Positions 25,456 to 40,269 of a DNA stretch of 64,000 nt are shown piece after piece. Position 1 is the first letter of the stretch, and every line of letters starts with the position of its first letter. This DNA is from Octopus vulgaris (Eukaryota). The notes under the pieces are model-generated. The model saw nothing but the letters and a program-made list of their open reading frames with translations. It did not search any database and was not told the origin of the DNA. The stretch covers positions 93,000,001 to 93,064,000 of the forward strand of contig OX597819.1 of the NCBI GenBank assembly GCA_951406725.2. Reading direction: 5' to 3'. Position numbers and translations under genes: made by a program.

Positions 25456-28400
25456 CTTTTAAAATGCAATATCCTCATATAATAGCTTTCTTTTCATTTA
25501 TTCGTTTCGTCACACGCCAGTATCTTTCATTTTTCTCCTCATAATCTTTCATTCTCTTTCTCTTTGAGGATATTCTGTCAAACATTCTGATTTACAATAT
25601 ATCTCCTTCCTTTTTCTCCTTCATCCTTTCGTTGCATCTCCTTGTCTCTTCATTTCTCTTACTTCCCCTCTCTCTTTCAAGTATATTCTACATACGTTTC
25701 TTTTTCAATTTTCTCCCCAGATCTAACTTCTGATTCATCATCTTCATCTTTTCCTCTCTACTTCAATCCTCAAAATAAAATTCTATACTACACTTCTGTC
25801 TTTCTCACTTTTCATTTTATTTCATCTCTCCTTTAATAACCCCTTTCTCTTTTTACATTTCTTAATACATAGACATACGCACACACTCACACATATGAAT
25901 ACGCAATCTTTCTCTGTCTCTCCCTCTTTCTCCCCCTCTCCCGTTCCTTCTCTTATATCTTCGTAAGTTTTCTTCGAATCAATATAATCGAACACATACC
26001 TCCCTTCTCTACACACTCCAAAACCACACCTCCCTTCTCCTTCCCACTTTTGATTCAATCCCTCAATCTCATTATTGTTCCTTTTCCATATGCTTTCAGT
26101 TAATCTAAACTTACCTCCTTATCTTCAAGAATATTCCAATTGGAATTTCATTTTTCCTTCATCTTTTTCATACCATTTTATATACGCAATCGACAGTGAC
26201 CCATAAAAGCTGTCATTCTAGCGCACCGATTTCTTGATTGACTATATTCTCTTTTGTTCTGCCTTACAATATTCTTTTACTCTCTCTCTCTATTTCTTTT
26301 TCTGTTTATCCGTCCACCTTTTCTTTGCCCCACCCGCACCCCCACTGTCGGTGCCTTTCTCGGTTGATCTTTGTCTGCTTGTCTCTGTCTGCACATGCGT
26401 GTCTGCTCCCTCTCTTTCTCCGCCCCTCTCTCTCTCTCTTCAGAGAATATTTCCTTTCAAAATTCTATCCTATTCTATTCTCTTTTGTGACATAAATTGC
26501 AATGTCAACAGCTGGTTGGGCTTTTTCTTTAACATGTATATTTTTTATCAAGAAAAATCAGTGGTGAACCATTCTAATAAACTGAAAATATATAAACTCT
26601 TTCGTTTTACTCTCTCTTTCACTCTCTCTCGCTCTCTCCCGCTCTCAGTATCTACCTCCCTCGTACAACGCTTATAACAATGCTTCATTAAACATTGGTC
26701 AAATATATCTCTACTTCAGTTTTCTACATCTTCCGCTGTATTTCATTCTGTCTGTCTCCCCACAGCTGCTGTCTTTATTAGATTTATCGTATCGCTACAC
26801 GCCTTTGATCACTCCCACCATTCCTGTAGTTCAGAATATTTATTTAAGATGCTCAGTGACACAATCTCTTCAAATGATCAGTACAGAATAAAAAAAATGA
26901 AGGATACATCTGAAAACCCTATTCATAATTACTGATAACTCAATTGATTTTAAAAAGACATTTTATCGGATACTGTATCACGAAGTGATATTACTGTGTC
27001 CTAATCGATCTGGGAACAAGAGATGTTACAACGAAATTCAAATTCTTCTCGTATCTTCAACCAGGCTTTTCTTCTTTGATCTGTCCAGTGTTCGTTTCTT
27101 TTAAGATAGGATTGAGAAGGTTTGCAAATAAATAAACGAAATGGAAATGAAAATATCCTTATATCATCTTCAATCCTTGAAACAAGCTTTAAACGTGTTG
27201 CTGTATTCAGCACTGCCTTATTTTACTCTGTGTTTTTGTTTTATATTTTTGTTATTATCCTATGCATAGCGCCTACATTACCAAGAATGAATGAAATAAC
27301 AGTGGCTGCTTTCTTGTGTTCAAAGTAGACAATTGCATTGCCAATTATTATGCTACACATGATATGGACAGTCAATTCTTGGATATTATTCTCCTTTTAT
27401 AATTCCTCTTCCTTCTACACATCAGTATTACACTCTGGATTAATTAAAGCCAATGACAGAACCTCTACAATCATTCAGCCTGCAAGATATTTCAAATAAA
27501 TTACACCCTGCTGACTTAAGAACAGAAATGACATCTTGGATAATGTAGTCCTATACCAGATATTTTCTAACTCTATGGTTCACAAGTCTGTCGTGAGATT
27601 TCGAGTATGTCATAAGATGATAGAATGCCGCATGTCTATTCTATTGTGGCATTGTGCAGTTTGTGCACTCATCTCTGTTTAAAACAATTTTAACGCTCTT
27701 TTTTATTTCATAAGAAACATTTTCAAAAGCTACTGGCGTGTCGAAATATTTTTAACACCTATTGGAATGTACTCTGAGTCTATAGAAAATTTTGAATATA
27801 ACTGACTTAGATACTCCATAAAAAAACAGTATGGTCACGTCTGGATTGCCTGTGATCATAGGTCATTTGGTTAGCTCAGGTTTCATTTGTATGAAAGTTA
27901 TGAAAGAAAATAGAAACCGGATACAGTATGACGTTCTGTAGAGAGAGGGAACAGAAATATATGAAGACAGTGTCAAGAAAATAAAGATCAAATCTAAGAA
28001 TATCATTATTGTCTGTAAATAGAACAATGGATGGAGCTGCAAGAAGGTGGCATCTGTACAAGAGTGATGTGATGCTTAGGTGGGTCACATTCCGTCAGAA
28101 TTTCCACTCGCATACGGATTAACTTTAACTTTCATTCCTTCAAAATCGCTAGAACATTTCCTCATTGTTATTTAACGGTCAATACTGATTGACAGACCTC
28201 TTCTTAAAGGCATTCCAAACATATCCATCCTTTTCTTTTTATTCAGGGATAATGCATCTAGGACCCCACCATATCCAAAATATCGCTATCTATTTTTAAG
28301 ACATTGGGTATAATATGAGGTAGAACTGACCGCATTTTCAGCAGATCGATCGCCTATGTATACGTCACTCGTAAGATTAAATTCTATTTCTTCCCTTACA

Positions 28401-29366
28401 AATATTGAATACTTTTTGTAACTCATACAGTGTTGCAAAAGAAACTTAACATATTTTAAGTTTTTACAATATCCAAATTTGTTATGAGTTAACTTTGGAG
28501 TCATTTTACAATTTAGTTCATGTCACGTTTCATAATGAGTCGAATGATATCATAACTGACTTCAAGTAACACATTGTTCTTTGTCACTTGTTGCAACATA
28601 TTGCAACAAGCTTGTGAACTTTTATTTATTTTATAACTTAGATTTCCTTCCTTCGTGTTTCCTGATGCTTTATACACTTGTTGTTTCTTGTATGCTGGTG
28701 TGTCATACCAGACTGACCGTTTAATCTATTTTTTTCATCCCATTGCATTTTATTACGTCCTTAACCCCTTTCATTTCTTTTATATACCCAATATTACAAG
28801 CTTTGCGTGCTTTCTCTCTCTTTGAATTTCTTTTACCCATATCTTCATCACAATTTGCTTTGTCGTCTACAGATTCTTCGAACAGAATATATACAAATCT
28901 TACCTAAGCTGTCATACACAGATAATACCATATTACATCAGCTGATACATTTCTGTAACAATTCAATTCCGATTGCTTCCCAAATCCTGTTAACCTTTAG
29001 TCGTAGACGTTTCAACCAATTTGTGTCTGCCTGCTTCAAATTACTTCTTTTATATCGCTATTTCAGACCAATTTTCTATATTGAGCGATTTTACAATGGT
29101 AAGATGAAACATTGAATAATTAGATCATTCTAAATGCCATTTATAGTTTTCACGTATCGGAAAAACCTATTAGTTACAATGAGATTCAGAAAGACAACAT
29201 TGAAAAATCAAAGTCAGAGTCTAATACATGTCTCTTGTTTACAAAAATGAGCTCCAAATGTCTTAAGCAAGTTTACACAAAAAGCTAAAAGTTGCAAACG
29301 AAAAGTTTTCATTCTCAATGCAGAAGAAGAATTACTTATACAATGATCATAATATTGGATTACAAG

Positions 29367-29572
29367 GGCGATGAGTTGGCAGAATCGTTAGCACACCTGG
29401 CGAAATACTTAGCGGTATTTCGTCTACCGGTACGTTCTGAGTTCAAATTCCGCCGAGGTCGACTTTGCCTTTCAACCTTTCGGGGTCGATTAAATAAGTA
29501 CCAGTTACATACTCGACTTAAACCCTTTGTTTGTCCCCTCTGTGTTTAGCCCCCTGTGGGCAATAAAGAAAT
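29367..29572 (+). mobile_element. SINE group B with target-site duplication
   Basis: Flanked by TATTG(G/A)ATTACAAG at 29353-29366 and 29576-29589. Confidence 0.9.
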
Positions 29573-30694
29573 GACTATTGAATTACAAGCTTTCATTAGC
29601 ATTAGTGGTGTAAGTGAAAGAGTTGCAGCTAAAAAGTGAACCCGGTCTTGAGTATTTCATTTGTTCATCTCCACTTCAGTTATGCATTAAGTACTTAATT
29701 CTCAACAATATTTCGGTATTATATCTAACCTAAATTCCATATGTATCTAGGAAATGTTACAGCGGGTGTGGTATACATACAGTTATCTAAAGTTGCATCG
29801 GCATAAAGCGTATAATGTGGTTTTAAACGGAAATTAGAAAAATGTTGCGGTTTGACTATGGTACGATAAAATATTGGTTTCTCTCCTACAACAGCAAAGC
29901 TTTTTGCCTCCGTTCTCTTAAAGTCACCTATATAAAAGTTACCCAGCAACACCTTAAAATCAAACAACGCGAAAATCAGGCGTTCAAGAATTATAGCCCA
30001 CAAGAACAATATTTACTGAACTAGTATTTTGTAGAATGAGGTATCATAGGAGTCTACCTCTCTACTCACACTTTTCAAACTATTATAACTTCCTATGTCA
30101 TCACAAAACACTTGCACAATCCCATACGTTAATGACATCAGACTCATATTGCGCCCCCATTCTGCAGGTACTGCTGCACACTAGTCGAACTCTAAATAAA
30201 TCATATCGACATATGCCTCCAGAACAATAGACTTCAAGCAGCACCTACGAAATCGACAGGCTACTTTCATTCCATCATCATCAGAGAATACAATTTAACC
30301 TCACACCTAACTATATATACATATAAAACAAACAAAAAACGTGAAAGATATAATGAAGAACGTAAAATGTCGCAGAAATATACTTAAACGAATCACAGGT
30401 ACGGGGTTGATTAAGAGAAAGAAACAGTAACAATTGTGTACAATGTGTAAGTGTTATCATGGCGCCCAAATCTCTCGACGATATAAATAGGAACTAGAAA
30501 GAATACAAAATAGTACACTATGCATAAGAAGTTGTATACAGGTTACATTTGTACCTCAAGTATAATGAAACAAAACTGCTGAAAATTAAACGCCATCGGG
30601 ATATGTGAAACGGATAATTTATTTCAGTTTCATACCTCACTACACACTCCATGTAAGAGTTTGAATAACTATTCCGAGGCACTCAGGCACTTAC

Positions 30695-30910
30695 AAACTC
30701 CAGAGCACTACTACAACATCCTAGAGTCAATATTGTTCCCACGCAACTGAGACAAGCATAAGAAACGCATATACAAATATAGCTGCAACATCTATAAACT
30801 GAAGGAGTTAAAACATTGCGCAGGTGAACACTAACGATCGCACTCTGAGCAGTTTCAGTATTCTTGCTTGCAATGGTCGCCTTCAAAGCCTGTGAGTCTA
30901 CAGGAACAGA
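30695..30910 (-). CDS. Candidate exon; the phase-1 reading encodes an EGF-like C-terminal half (CSCRLTGFEGDHCKQEY*)
   Basis: Strong acceptor TTCTTTCTCATTTTTAG| at 30911 and donor TTT|GTAAGT at 30694. 216 nt, fully open in phase 0 (Cys-rich). The phase-1 frame gives C-x-C-x3-G-F-x-G-x2-C then TGA at 30857-30855. Confidence 0.5.
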
Positions 30911-31729
30911 CTAAAAATGAGAAAGAAGCAATATACACGGATTGTGACGCAGCACGATATTCGATTGATTCATCTTAGTATGTCGAAGTGTGCAGTATCG
31001 TTCTCAGCTTGGTGGAAATATGTAATAACTAGGGAAATAAGTATTTTGGTCCTGCCTTGAGCTTCTACCGACTAAATTCATGCTATATAACAGCGCGTTC
31101 AGGACTTCTGGGTAATAGAACAACAGTAGCAATAATAGCTATTCCTACCTGAATAGACACTTGGTATTTTTTTCAGGTAGAAAAAAATAGAAATTTTGAT
31201 GTGCAAGTTCTTTTCAAAAATAATTTGTGGCAAACGTTAAGCGAAAAGATCTCAAGCAAAAACCAAAGTCACGGTGCATCTCATGAGAACTAACCACTAA
31301 TCTAAAATAAGGACTTTCAATAAGCATCCGTTGAAAGGATGATATATATACTTGAATGTATCGATCTCAATATTGATTATAGAGAAATGAAAAAACAATG
31401 TCAACATTGGAATATTTTAGACTTGAAACTAAAAAGGATGAAAAAGATTAAATCTTAATATAAATTTAGTTCGCTTTTCACACATGAATTAATAGCAGCG
31501 ACAAGCGAATATTTTAGTCGAGTAAACAACACTCATTCTCTTTTGAATAGAAATTTTGTTTTACTTTTAACACACCTACCTTAAATTTGTTCGAAGTGAA
31601 GATATAAATATAAACCAAAAACAACAGCAACTATCAAACGTGCCAAAATCTATTTTTACCCTTCCTTTTTGTGCTGTGAGGCGTGTTACTTCTTTCCTTA
31701 TCTTTCCTTCGTAATTAATAAAGTACCAG

Positions 31730-31808
31730 AAAGGTACGAACAAGAGTTGGAAACGTTTCTGAAAGATCGGGACAGCGAACAGCAGGTTGCTGTCGGTTGC
31801 TCAAGCAA
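31730..31808 (+). CDS. Candidate internal exon of an unidentified plus-strand gene (RYEQELETFLKDRDSEQQVAVGCSS)
   Basis: Upstream pyrimidine tract, AG at 31722-31723 or 31728-31729 (same phase), donor AA|GTAAAG. Protein-like open frame ending in phase 2. Confidence 0.5.
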
Positions 31809-32009
31809 GTAAAGTAAATGAAACTAGTTAGGTTATGCAAGAGCTAACTAAAATAAGTGCACTAGTTTATAATGATTTGCAGTTATTTTTACGCCAATCA
31901 TGTTATATGTTGTTAAGAAATGGAGGGAGCGGTTTCCGTATAAGGATGCAATTAATATCTTAAAACGCATTTTGGAAAAAAAGTGTTCATTTCTTATTAA
32001 CATGTTCGT

Positions 32010-32055
<46 letters not shown>

Positions 32056-35000
32056 GTGCTTATTAATATTAAGTAGCCACGGAAGCAAATACAATCATCT
32101 ATAATATTCTGGTTTCAATGTCATTCGTTCGAGTGTAAAAGTTTTAACAACCCTATTTATTGAATAGAATCAAAGACATTGAATCTTTTTTACGTAATGA
32201 AACAACTTGAAATGTTGCACGTTCAACAATATCAACTATGGAACAAAAGTGAAGATATAATCGAAATTTTTAACATAATTAAACAATCTTATGAGGATCC
32301 GTATATTTAAGCATCAATATGAACATTTATCAAGCATGGAATTTTTACTGCTTTAAATATAGATGTAAACAGTATTGTCTATAAAGAGAATTACTTCTCT
32401 CGAGATGACTTTTGCTGTGTACTGTCCTTCCTTGTCCGAATGTTCGCAAGCATATTAAATATAACTATATATGTTTGAATTCATTTGAAGTCACTGTGAA
32501 CTGTGAAGCCCCTAAGCTCTGGCTTGTTTAGCTTTCGGCTATATCCAGCAGTGAGTGGTGGTAAGCACTCGTTGAGATGATTCAGTGATATACGATCAAT
32601 TTTTATTTTATCCCTATTTATCCGCTTATTTCTTGTATCATTGGTGATAGAAAGATGCACTTCATCAGGCTATGCTAACCCCAACACCGCATGAAGCTAA
32701 AACTTTCAGTGATGATTCCATAATCTGCAATAATTTCTGCACATTTTCCGGTCATAAACTCTAATGCCTGTTAGATCTATATGAGCCTAACATCGAGGAA
32801 AATAAAGCACCATTAACTCTAACCGATCTTTATAACCTCCCATCCTATGTTTTGCCCCTAATGTTAGTACGTTTGCCAGAACCAAAGAAAAATAATACGA
32901 AAATCTAGTAAGATGACATCAAAATCTAAATAAGATTTAGCACTGTCGATAAATATACAGTAAACATCATATGTATCCACAAAAGTAATAAGACAACAAT
33001 TCAATCGTATTAGAAACTACAACATCGGTGAACCAACAATGCAACTTATATGTGATCCCTGTACTTATTAGAGATAGCAGCTAAATATCCCTTCGAATCA
33101 GAATCAACTACCTTAGAAAAGGAAAGTATGACCACATTGGAATTTAGTAGTTATAGACGATGCAGGCTAATCGTGGCCGAAACGTCGTGTAGCAGTGCTG
33201 GAAACCTAGCGTTAAAAACAACAGCAACTTATGCGTATACTTCATCAATACCATCAGCGACAACGTAGAGTCAACTGTACTGAAGCAACAGGGTCGGCTG
33301 TAAGCTATTCAACATGCAAGGCCTGCCCTATAATGCACTCTCCTCCCAATCCTACAATGAGAACCTTCTTTGATATTTATCGAGGACAATCATCAGCTAC
33401 CAACCTCATTACACCAGCTGTAAAACACAGACGAAAACTTTATAATCAACTTGCAGGCGAGGAATAGTTTTATCATCATAAATATCTGGAGAAAAATTTA
33501 GATATTCCACGCTAGATAGTAGGCGAATCATAGTCTAACTTGAATTTCACGCTCAAGTCTTCCATCCTACTTTGTTCCGTGTGTGATCACATCTGCTCTC
33601 CGCATTAAGGTTTTGAAATTCTCATTGGATTAAAAAGATTTATGTAATTTATTTGTGAGGCCTTTACAATTTAGTTCATGTCAGGTCGATTGCTTAATAC
33701 ATAGCGCCGACTATACTATTTATCAACAGCAAAACAAAAATGATAATGAGCCTATCTCTAAGCGAAATAGAACTCATTAAAGAAATTATTCGTATAGCAA
33801 CCACGAAGGTGTTTATTTAATGAAATGCTAGAATGTAAATCAAGTGATTCAAATCAAATCTATATAATGCTGTGAATTGAATTGAAAATGCGAAATACAT
33901 CTTATGAACAACAACTGATACTTGGAAACTCATTTCATGTTTAAATTTTCATGTCTCAAAAACTTCTGTCAATTTTTTGTGTTACTTAAAACAGCAACTT
34001 GAAAATAGCAACTATATTTACAGTAAAAATGTGAAGCTCAGGGAAGACTTCAAATATAACTTCCACTGTTTTTCCAAATTGACAACTAAATGTTTCTTTC
34101 GAACACAACGTTTCTTTCCTTATAGGTACCAAGAATTAAGAAAATAACTACAAACAGGATGAATGCGTACACTTATCTTGCTTGACATAACCTTGGAACC
34201 TTTGTGCAAATTGGTACCTAGTTTCATCAGAGATGACTTTCTAAACTATATTCCAGAAACATGAATAGTCAGCTTTGACGCAACTAGTCTTTGCACACAT
34301 ATCCCCCGTGGATTAGGATTAGAAGCACTAGAGTTCTGAATAGATATAGTTCTCGATAGACAAAGAATTGCGGAGAGGTTCTGAAAGAATTTATACATTT
34401 CAACTAGACTGGTAGGATATTTGTAAGAATTCGAAATGCGAAACTAAACCGGAAACAGATAACACCATCACACAAAAAAAAAACAACTTTTTTATGAATT
34501 AGTCCGGTACAATTGTGTTCGCAAAACGGAAAAGCTAAAGCGCTTACATACAAGATACACATTAGACATAAAATATACATATACGGACTTCCTCCACAAA
34601 GCCTAGAATACTTTTTAAATAGTTAATAACTTTAAAAAAACATATATATATATAGAGAGAGAGGAGGAGAGATAGAGAATAGATATAGAGGGAAACCTCT
34701 CTCACACACACACAAATGACACGTTCTTAAAGTTGTAAATGTCTATTACGTTAAGTGTATGACCGAAAATTAAGCTGGCAGATGATCTCTGTGGCGTCAT
34801 GTCGGAAATAACCCATCATTCTAGTTTGAATAGTAACAGCAGTTGTGTGAAAAACAGTTGCTTTTATATCATCAATAGTGTTATATTATCAATGTTAACA
34901 ATTTTTACACAAATATTTGTGTTATCAGCAATACCAAATACAGTAATATCTACATTAAAAAAAAATCCACATTACATCTATAAAAGTACGTATCTCCAAA

Positions 35001-35371
35001 ACAATAAAATTTCGGGCAATAAAACCGAAATAATTCTGGTTTCATTTTGTCTTTAGTAAATATCTGCGACGAAGAGATTTAGATGTTTACTGCATATTAT
35101 TCGCCCAGTAAGATTGAAAAGAATAGTCAATCCAAGCTCATTCTTTATCCGGAACTCAAGTTAACACTATCAGACTGTAATATACTTGAAATAAATAAAT
35201 AACGGGAATCTATTGGCCATTTGTGAATGATAGTGACGTTGGTTGAACAGACCAGTAACCGGTTTAAGGCAATTCTCACGAAGACAATAATACGAGAACA
35301 TCTCTAAGTCGTTGGAGAACATGCAATTGAAAGAAATAATTTTTCAGTCCATATATATATATATATATATA

Positions 35372-35557
35372 CATGATAGATCGATAGCCACTACACACAT
35401 TTTTTCTCTCCTTGTTTTTTCCTGTGTCCCTTTCTGTAGAAGAGCGTAGGCTCGAAACGTAAAAGACTTTTTCAATTCCTGAGCGTTATACTAATGCATC
35501 TGTTTGTTTTGTACACCACCTGTCTTCGTCTTTTGTTTTTTTCGTAAACTCTCCCTA
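35372..35557 (+). mobile_element. Solo PLE terminal fragment with hammerhead-like motif (35430-35465)
   Basis: CTTT-CTGTAGA-A-GAGC-GTAG-GCTC-GAAA-CG-TA-AAAG. Embedded in (TA)n. Confidence 0.75.
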
Positions 35558-35564
35558 CATATAC

Positions 35565-35640
<76 letters not shown>

Positions 35641-35691
35641 GTGTGTGTGTATGTGTATGTGTGTGTATGTGTGTGTGTATGTGTGTATGTT

Positions 35692-35721
<30 letters not shown>

Positions 35722-35722
<1 letters not shown>

Positions 35723-36085
35723 GAACTGTTGTAACAACCTTACTTCCCAACCACATGGTTCCGGGTTCATCCCAATGCGTGGCACATTGGGTAAGTGTCT
35801 TCTACTATAGCCTCTGGCTTACCAAAGCTTTATGGGTGGGTTTGGTAAACGGAGACTGGAAGAAGCCCGTCGTATATATGTGTATATATATGTGCGCGTG
35901 TGTATGTGTGTGTGTATATATGTATCTATGTATTTGTGTGTCTGTGTGTGTCTCTGCACCATCGCTTGACAACCGATGTTCGTGTGTTTACGACCCCGTA
36001 ATTTAGTGGTTCGACTTAAGGCAGTGCTCCAGCATGGCTACAGTTAAATGACTGAAACAAGTAAAACAATAAAAAATAAAAGAAT
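35722..36085 (+). mobile_element. SINE group A
   Basis: Head, internal microsatellite, tail GGCAGTGCTCCAGCATGGCTACAGTTAAATGACTGAAAC. Confidence 0.9.
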
Positions 36086-36528
36086 ATATATAAATCGTAT
36101 ACTGTTCCGTGAATGTAAGATCAACAAAAAACGTACTCCAGATTGAGCAGCTGTACCGCAGACTCTATCCATGCAGCCTTATGACTTTACAGTCAAAGGG
36201 GATATAACTCTAATCGCCACTACCACCAATTTTCCTTTTTTATTTAATTCCTTCCTTTTCGTTTTCCGGTGTTTTCAACATTCCACCTTTTACATCTACT
36301 TTCTACTTGCCTTTTCTCGTGTTTTCTATTGTTCTATTGTCCTGCTTTAGCTAGTTACGCCATGTGAGTAGATCCTGAGCTTTGCGTGAAGGCATCAGAC
36401 GTATTTTAGCATACTCTCTGAAGTCGTTTTCATTACCTGAAACTATTAGTAGCTCATAAAAATATATACTATGTATATTACTTAATATATATAGATTTAG
36501 ATAGATAGATAGATAGATAGATTGGTAA

Positions 36529-36575
<47 letters not shown>

Positions 36576-36699
36576 CAATATATGTGCATATATATGTGTA
36601 TATGTGTATACATATGTGTGTGTGTCTGTGCGTGTGTGAGTGCGAGCGTGTGCATACTGACGCAGTAGATATCTGCATACTCTACATGCATAAAATGGC

Positions 36700-37510
36700 T
36701 CTCTTAAGATATTGGTCATCTCAAGACTACTTTAACTTCATTGGAGAAACTAAAATTACTGATCTGTATTTTGCTGATGATTCGGTTATTCCTGCTGAGT
36801 CTCTGGATGTCTTAAGGAGTGCTCTCCTATAAGTAAACGGGAAAGCCTAATCACTTGGGTCAAGATAAAGATCCAGTCTTTTCTTGGCTTTCTGGAGAAC
36901 TCCACATCGACTCTCACTGTTGCGAAGACAATGTCGTATTTGTTGACCACTTCATTTATATTGGCAATGTGGTCCACAGCAACATTAACTGAGAGTCCTA
37001 AGTTTTTAAAAGATTTGAACGTGCTGGTGCAGTTATGGATTAATTAGACAACGGTGTTTCTTTAGCGCTGGTGATATCTGAATAGAAAGACAAAGGTTTG
37101 AGTCTTCAGGTCTCTCGCCATTCCTGTCTTGAGAAACTCGAACACTGTCCTAGTTCCGCAAGTTGGGAGCCGCTTCAATTTCCATGGTACCAGAACGCTA
37201 CGTATGATTGTGGCTTATCATTGGTCTAATTTCGTGTCCCAAACGACTATTCTCAGGAACTGGGTGGGATATGTCCTGTTACCTATAAGATTTGCAGTCG
37301 TCAGCTCAAACTGTTTGGTCAACTTATTCGATTTTCCGAGTTGGATCCTGCGTATCATCTTCTCCGAGAATCCAGTTAGAATGATAGCTCTTGTTGGTCA
37401 GCTACATGGCATATAGTCACGGTTGATGAGGGAGTATCTTACATAGATGGTGACCGACTGGGATACTACTCGGACTTGACATGACCTGATCTGAGCTGAC
37501 CAAGACTATA
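36700..37510 (+). mobile_element. Degenerate RTE-like LINE RT fragment
   Basis: GETKITDLYFADDSVIPAESLDVL (RT catalytic motif). Short (CTGA.)n-type tail at about 37475-37505. Confidence 0.75.
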
Positions 37511-39190
37511 ACAGGATTCGTTGTGCATTAACAATTTGTCTGGATTTGCTCAATTCACCTTTCCCCACTCACCAAGCTGCAGATAATTGTAGCAGAGAGA
37601 TACTTCTTAAAATGTAAAGAAAATTAGTGTCTCACCTAACGCATTTATATAACGTTTACAAAGATGTCAACAACTTAATAATAAACAGCAAATAATACGT
37701 GGGTTATGAATAAATAAATATACATTCTTACATCCATATATACTTAATCTCGTTTGGAAATTAGGGCCAAGAATGTTTTTAGGGTGTTGGGATCCATATG
37801 GACATGATTCCAATTCGATTCTGATTCGTGGGTCAGGCAGAACGTTATCTCATTACGCAAGGTGCTTTATTTCTTGTTGCTCCAGTCTATTCCTCTGGAA
37901 ATGAATTCCGGCGAAGTGCTGGACAGGCCTCTTTTTCGCCATCTGCCACATACTCGATCTTTCATTGGCTCGAAGAGCTGTGAGTGTTTCTATGTCTGCT
38001 GGCGACTACAGAAGCGTTTGAAGCAATTAGAAAGGACATGGTACACGCTACCAAGTAGGGTAGAATATGAGACAACAGCTATTGTCTGGTAAAGTTGAAG
38101 ATATAGCCGATAGATTTTGCATTCATTATTATGTTCAACTTGTGATGTTTTAAACAATTCAATAGAATATTCCCATAGATACGTTTATGAATTTGTGTTG
38201 CAAGATTTCTGATGTGAAACCAATATGGAAGAACAGAATGGACTAAGCGGAGCAGGAGCACACACAAGGACGGAAAGTGTCGCTGTAGATGTCACAGATG
38301 TGTGACGAAAGATTTCCGGACAATTGACATGAGTTAAGATAAGAACAGTAATAAACAAGTGAAGAGCAAACATTTTGTGTAGGTTTATTTGGCAAAAAAT
38401 TAATAAACAACATTTACCATCCCGAAATACAATTCTTCCTTAAATAATACATTCAAAAATATAATTTAAATTTGAATTAGCATTGGAACCACTTAAGCAA
38501 ATACACAAGAATTTACTGGTGTTATTTACATAATCCTGCATTTAAGGCAAAAACACCTGCGTATAAAGTGAATGATACATATAGGTATTCTGTAAGAAAT
38601 GTTTTTTTGAACTAACACCCATAAACATTCCAGTATATTGGTTGAAAAGAGCAACAACTCAGCTAGTTTTCTGGAACAAATCGTGTCAATTTGGAAATTT
38701 ATTTTTTGTAATTTAATTCCATAGAAGCTTCGTATAAAATTAACGTGGTGTGGATGAATACGCATTTAGATATTCGGTGTGTGTCTGTGTGTACGATGTA
38801 TGTGTGTGTGTATTCGTAGGTGTGCGTGTGTATAATTGATGTTGAAAATTGTAAATTTATATAAGTGTATTATATATGTATTTATATGTATGCATATGTA
38901 TATGCATAAATGAATATATTATCCATCTTAATATACATATATGTGTTTACATGTGTATATGCATGTGTGTGTGTGTGTGATTGTGTGTATTTGGGGAGAG
39001 AGATAGGCAGAGAAGCAGGGAGATATAAAAAGAGAAATTAAAATAAAGATTGGTATCTTTCCATGTCAATCATGTTTTCATGTCTCTGTGGGGACACTAT
39101 TTCAGACATCCACATAAATGCAAATCTCTCTGCATTATGAATTGCACTTCTATGATACGGATACGTAGTAGCAGAGTTTGAAATTCTCAC

Positions 39191-39349
39191 CGTCAATATT
39201 GTCAATGGCAATAGATCCGACAATTATCTGTGCATTTCCCCAACTATATGTAAATGCTTCATATTTTCTATATGTAATATATACCAGATAGATAACAACA
39301 AGTAAGATATCATACCGAGTTAAAATTTGTTGTCGAATAAACAGATCTA
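39191..39349 (-). CDS. Candidate symmetric phase-1 exon ending GSIAIDNID
   Basis: Acceptor CTTTTCAG|, donor G|GTGAGA, 159 nt, single open frame DLFIRQQILTRYDILLVVIYLVYITYRKYEAFTYSWGNAQIIVGSIAIDNID. Confidence 0.35.
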
Positions 39350-39955
39350 CTGAAAAGCTATGGACGCAAGCTACATGTCACACAGCACAAGAGATTGATA
39401 TAAAAATAGAAATAAATCTATTTGTTAAGATAACAAGATGACAACAAAACAGGCAGAGTGGAAATACTTTGAAAACAGATGAGCCTGAAGTAATGTGTAT
39501 ACACAGCTTATGTAAGCTCTTCTATGGCAGTAGTAGAATTCGAAGCAGGCTGAGCAATAATTGTGCAAACTGTGGAAACTAGCAGTCGAAATACGATTGC
39601 ATTGTACATTAATAATATATGATGGCTGAAAGATGATATTACAATCTATTGCTTAACAAATATTTATAAAATAAACTGCAAAACTTTATCATCTCCAGGA
39701 ATGATAACTTGTGAATGAGCATTTTAATGCAGGTTATGCAAGTTCATATTGTGTGTGCAATTTATGAATCCGTAACTGATATGTTTAACTTTACTCAATG
39801 TTATATTGTTGTAATATTCTCTAAGATCTGTTGGTGGATTTGATGCTCTACATCTACAAATTTATATCATATCATATCATTATGCTATTTGCTTTAACTT
39901 TAATAATGATTTCTCGGCTATATTACATTTCATGTGTGTCTGTGTGTAAATATGT

Positions 39956-40009
<54 letters not shown>

Positions 40010-40052
40010 GCACATGTATTTACAGAGAGAGAGAGCGAGAGAGAGATATACG

Positions 40053-40114
<62 letters not shown>

Positions 40115-40269
40115 TGTTCCTTCTCGAGCCATGCCTGGATCATAATGGCCGGTTTTTCCGGTTTCATTGGCATATAGGTTCCCCACCTGGAGCGCCGCAT
40201 ATATATAAATATATATATATTTGCCAACATTTGATTCAATATATATATGCATATATATACATATGCATG

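Noticed and set aside
33230-33419. Strong minus-strand acceptor (GTCTGTGTTTTACAG)
   Set aside because: All three downstream frames stop quickly. It could only be a non-coding or terminal exon, which the sequence alone does not support.
38185-38373. Minus ORF with signal-peptide-like start (MFALHLFITVLILTHVNC), and plus-strand ...VDVTDV* ending
   Set aside because: No convincing splice sites or family motif; neighbouring frames are stop-ridden.
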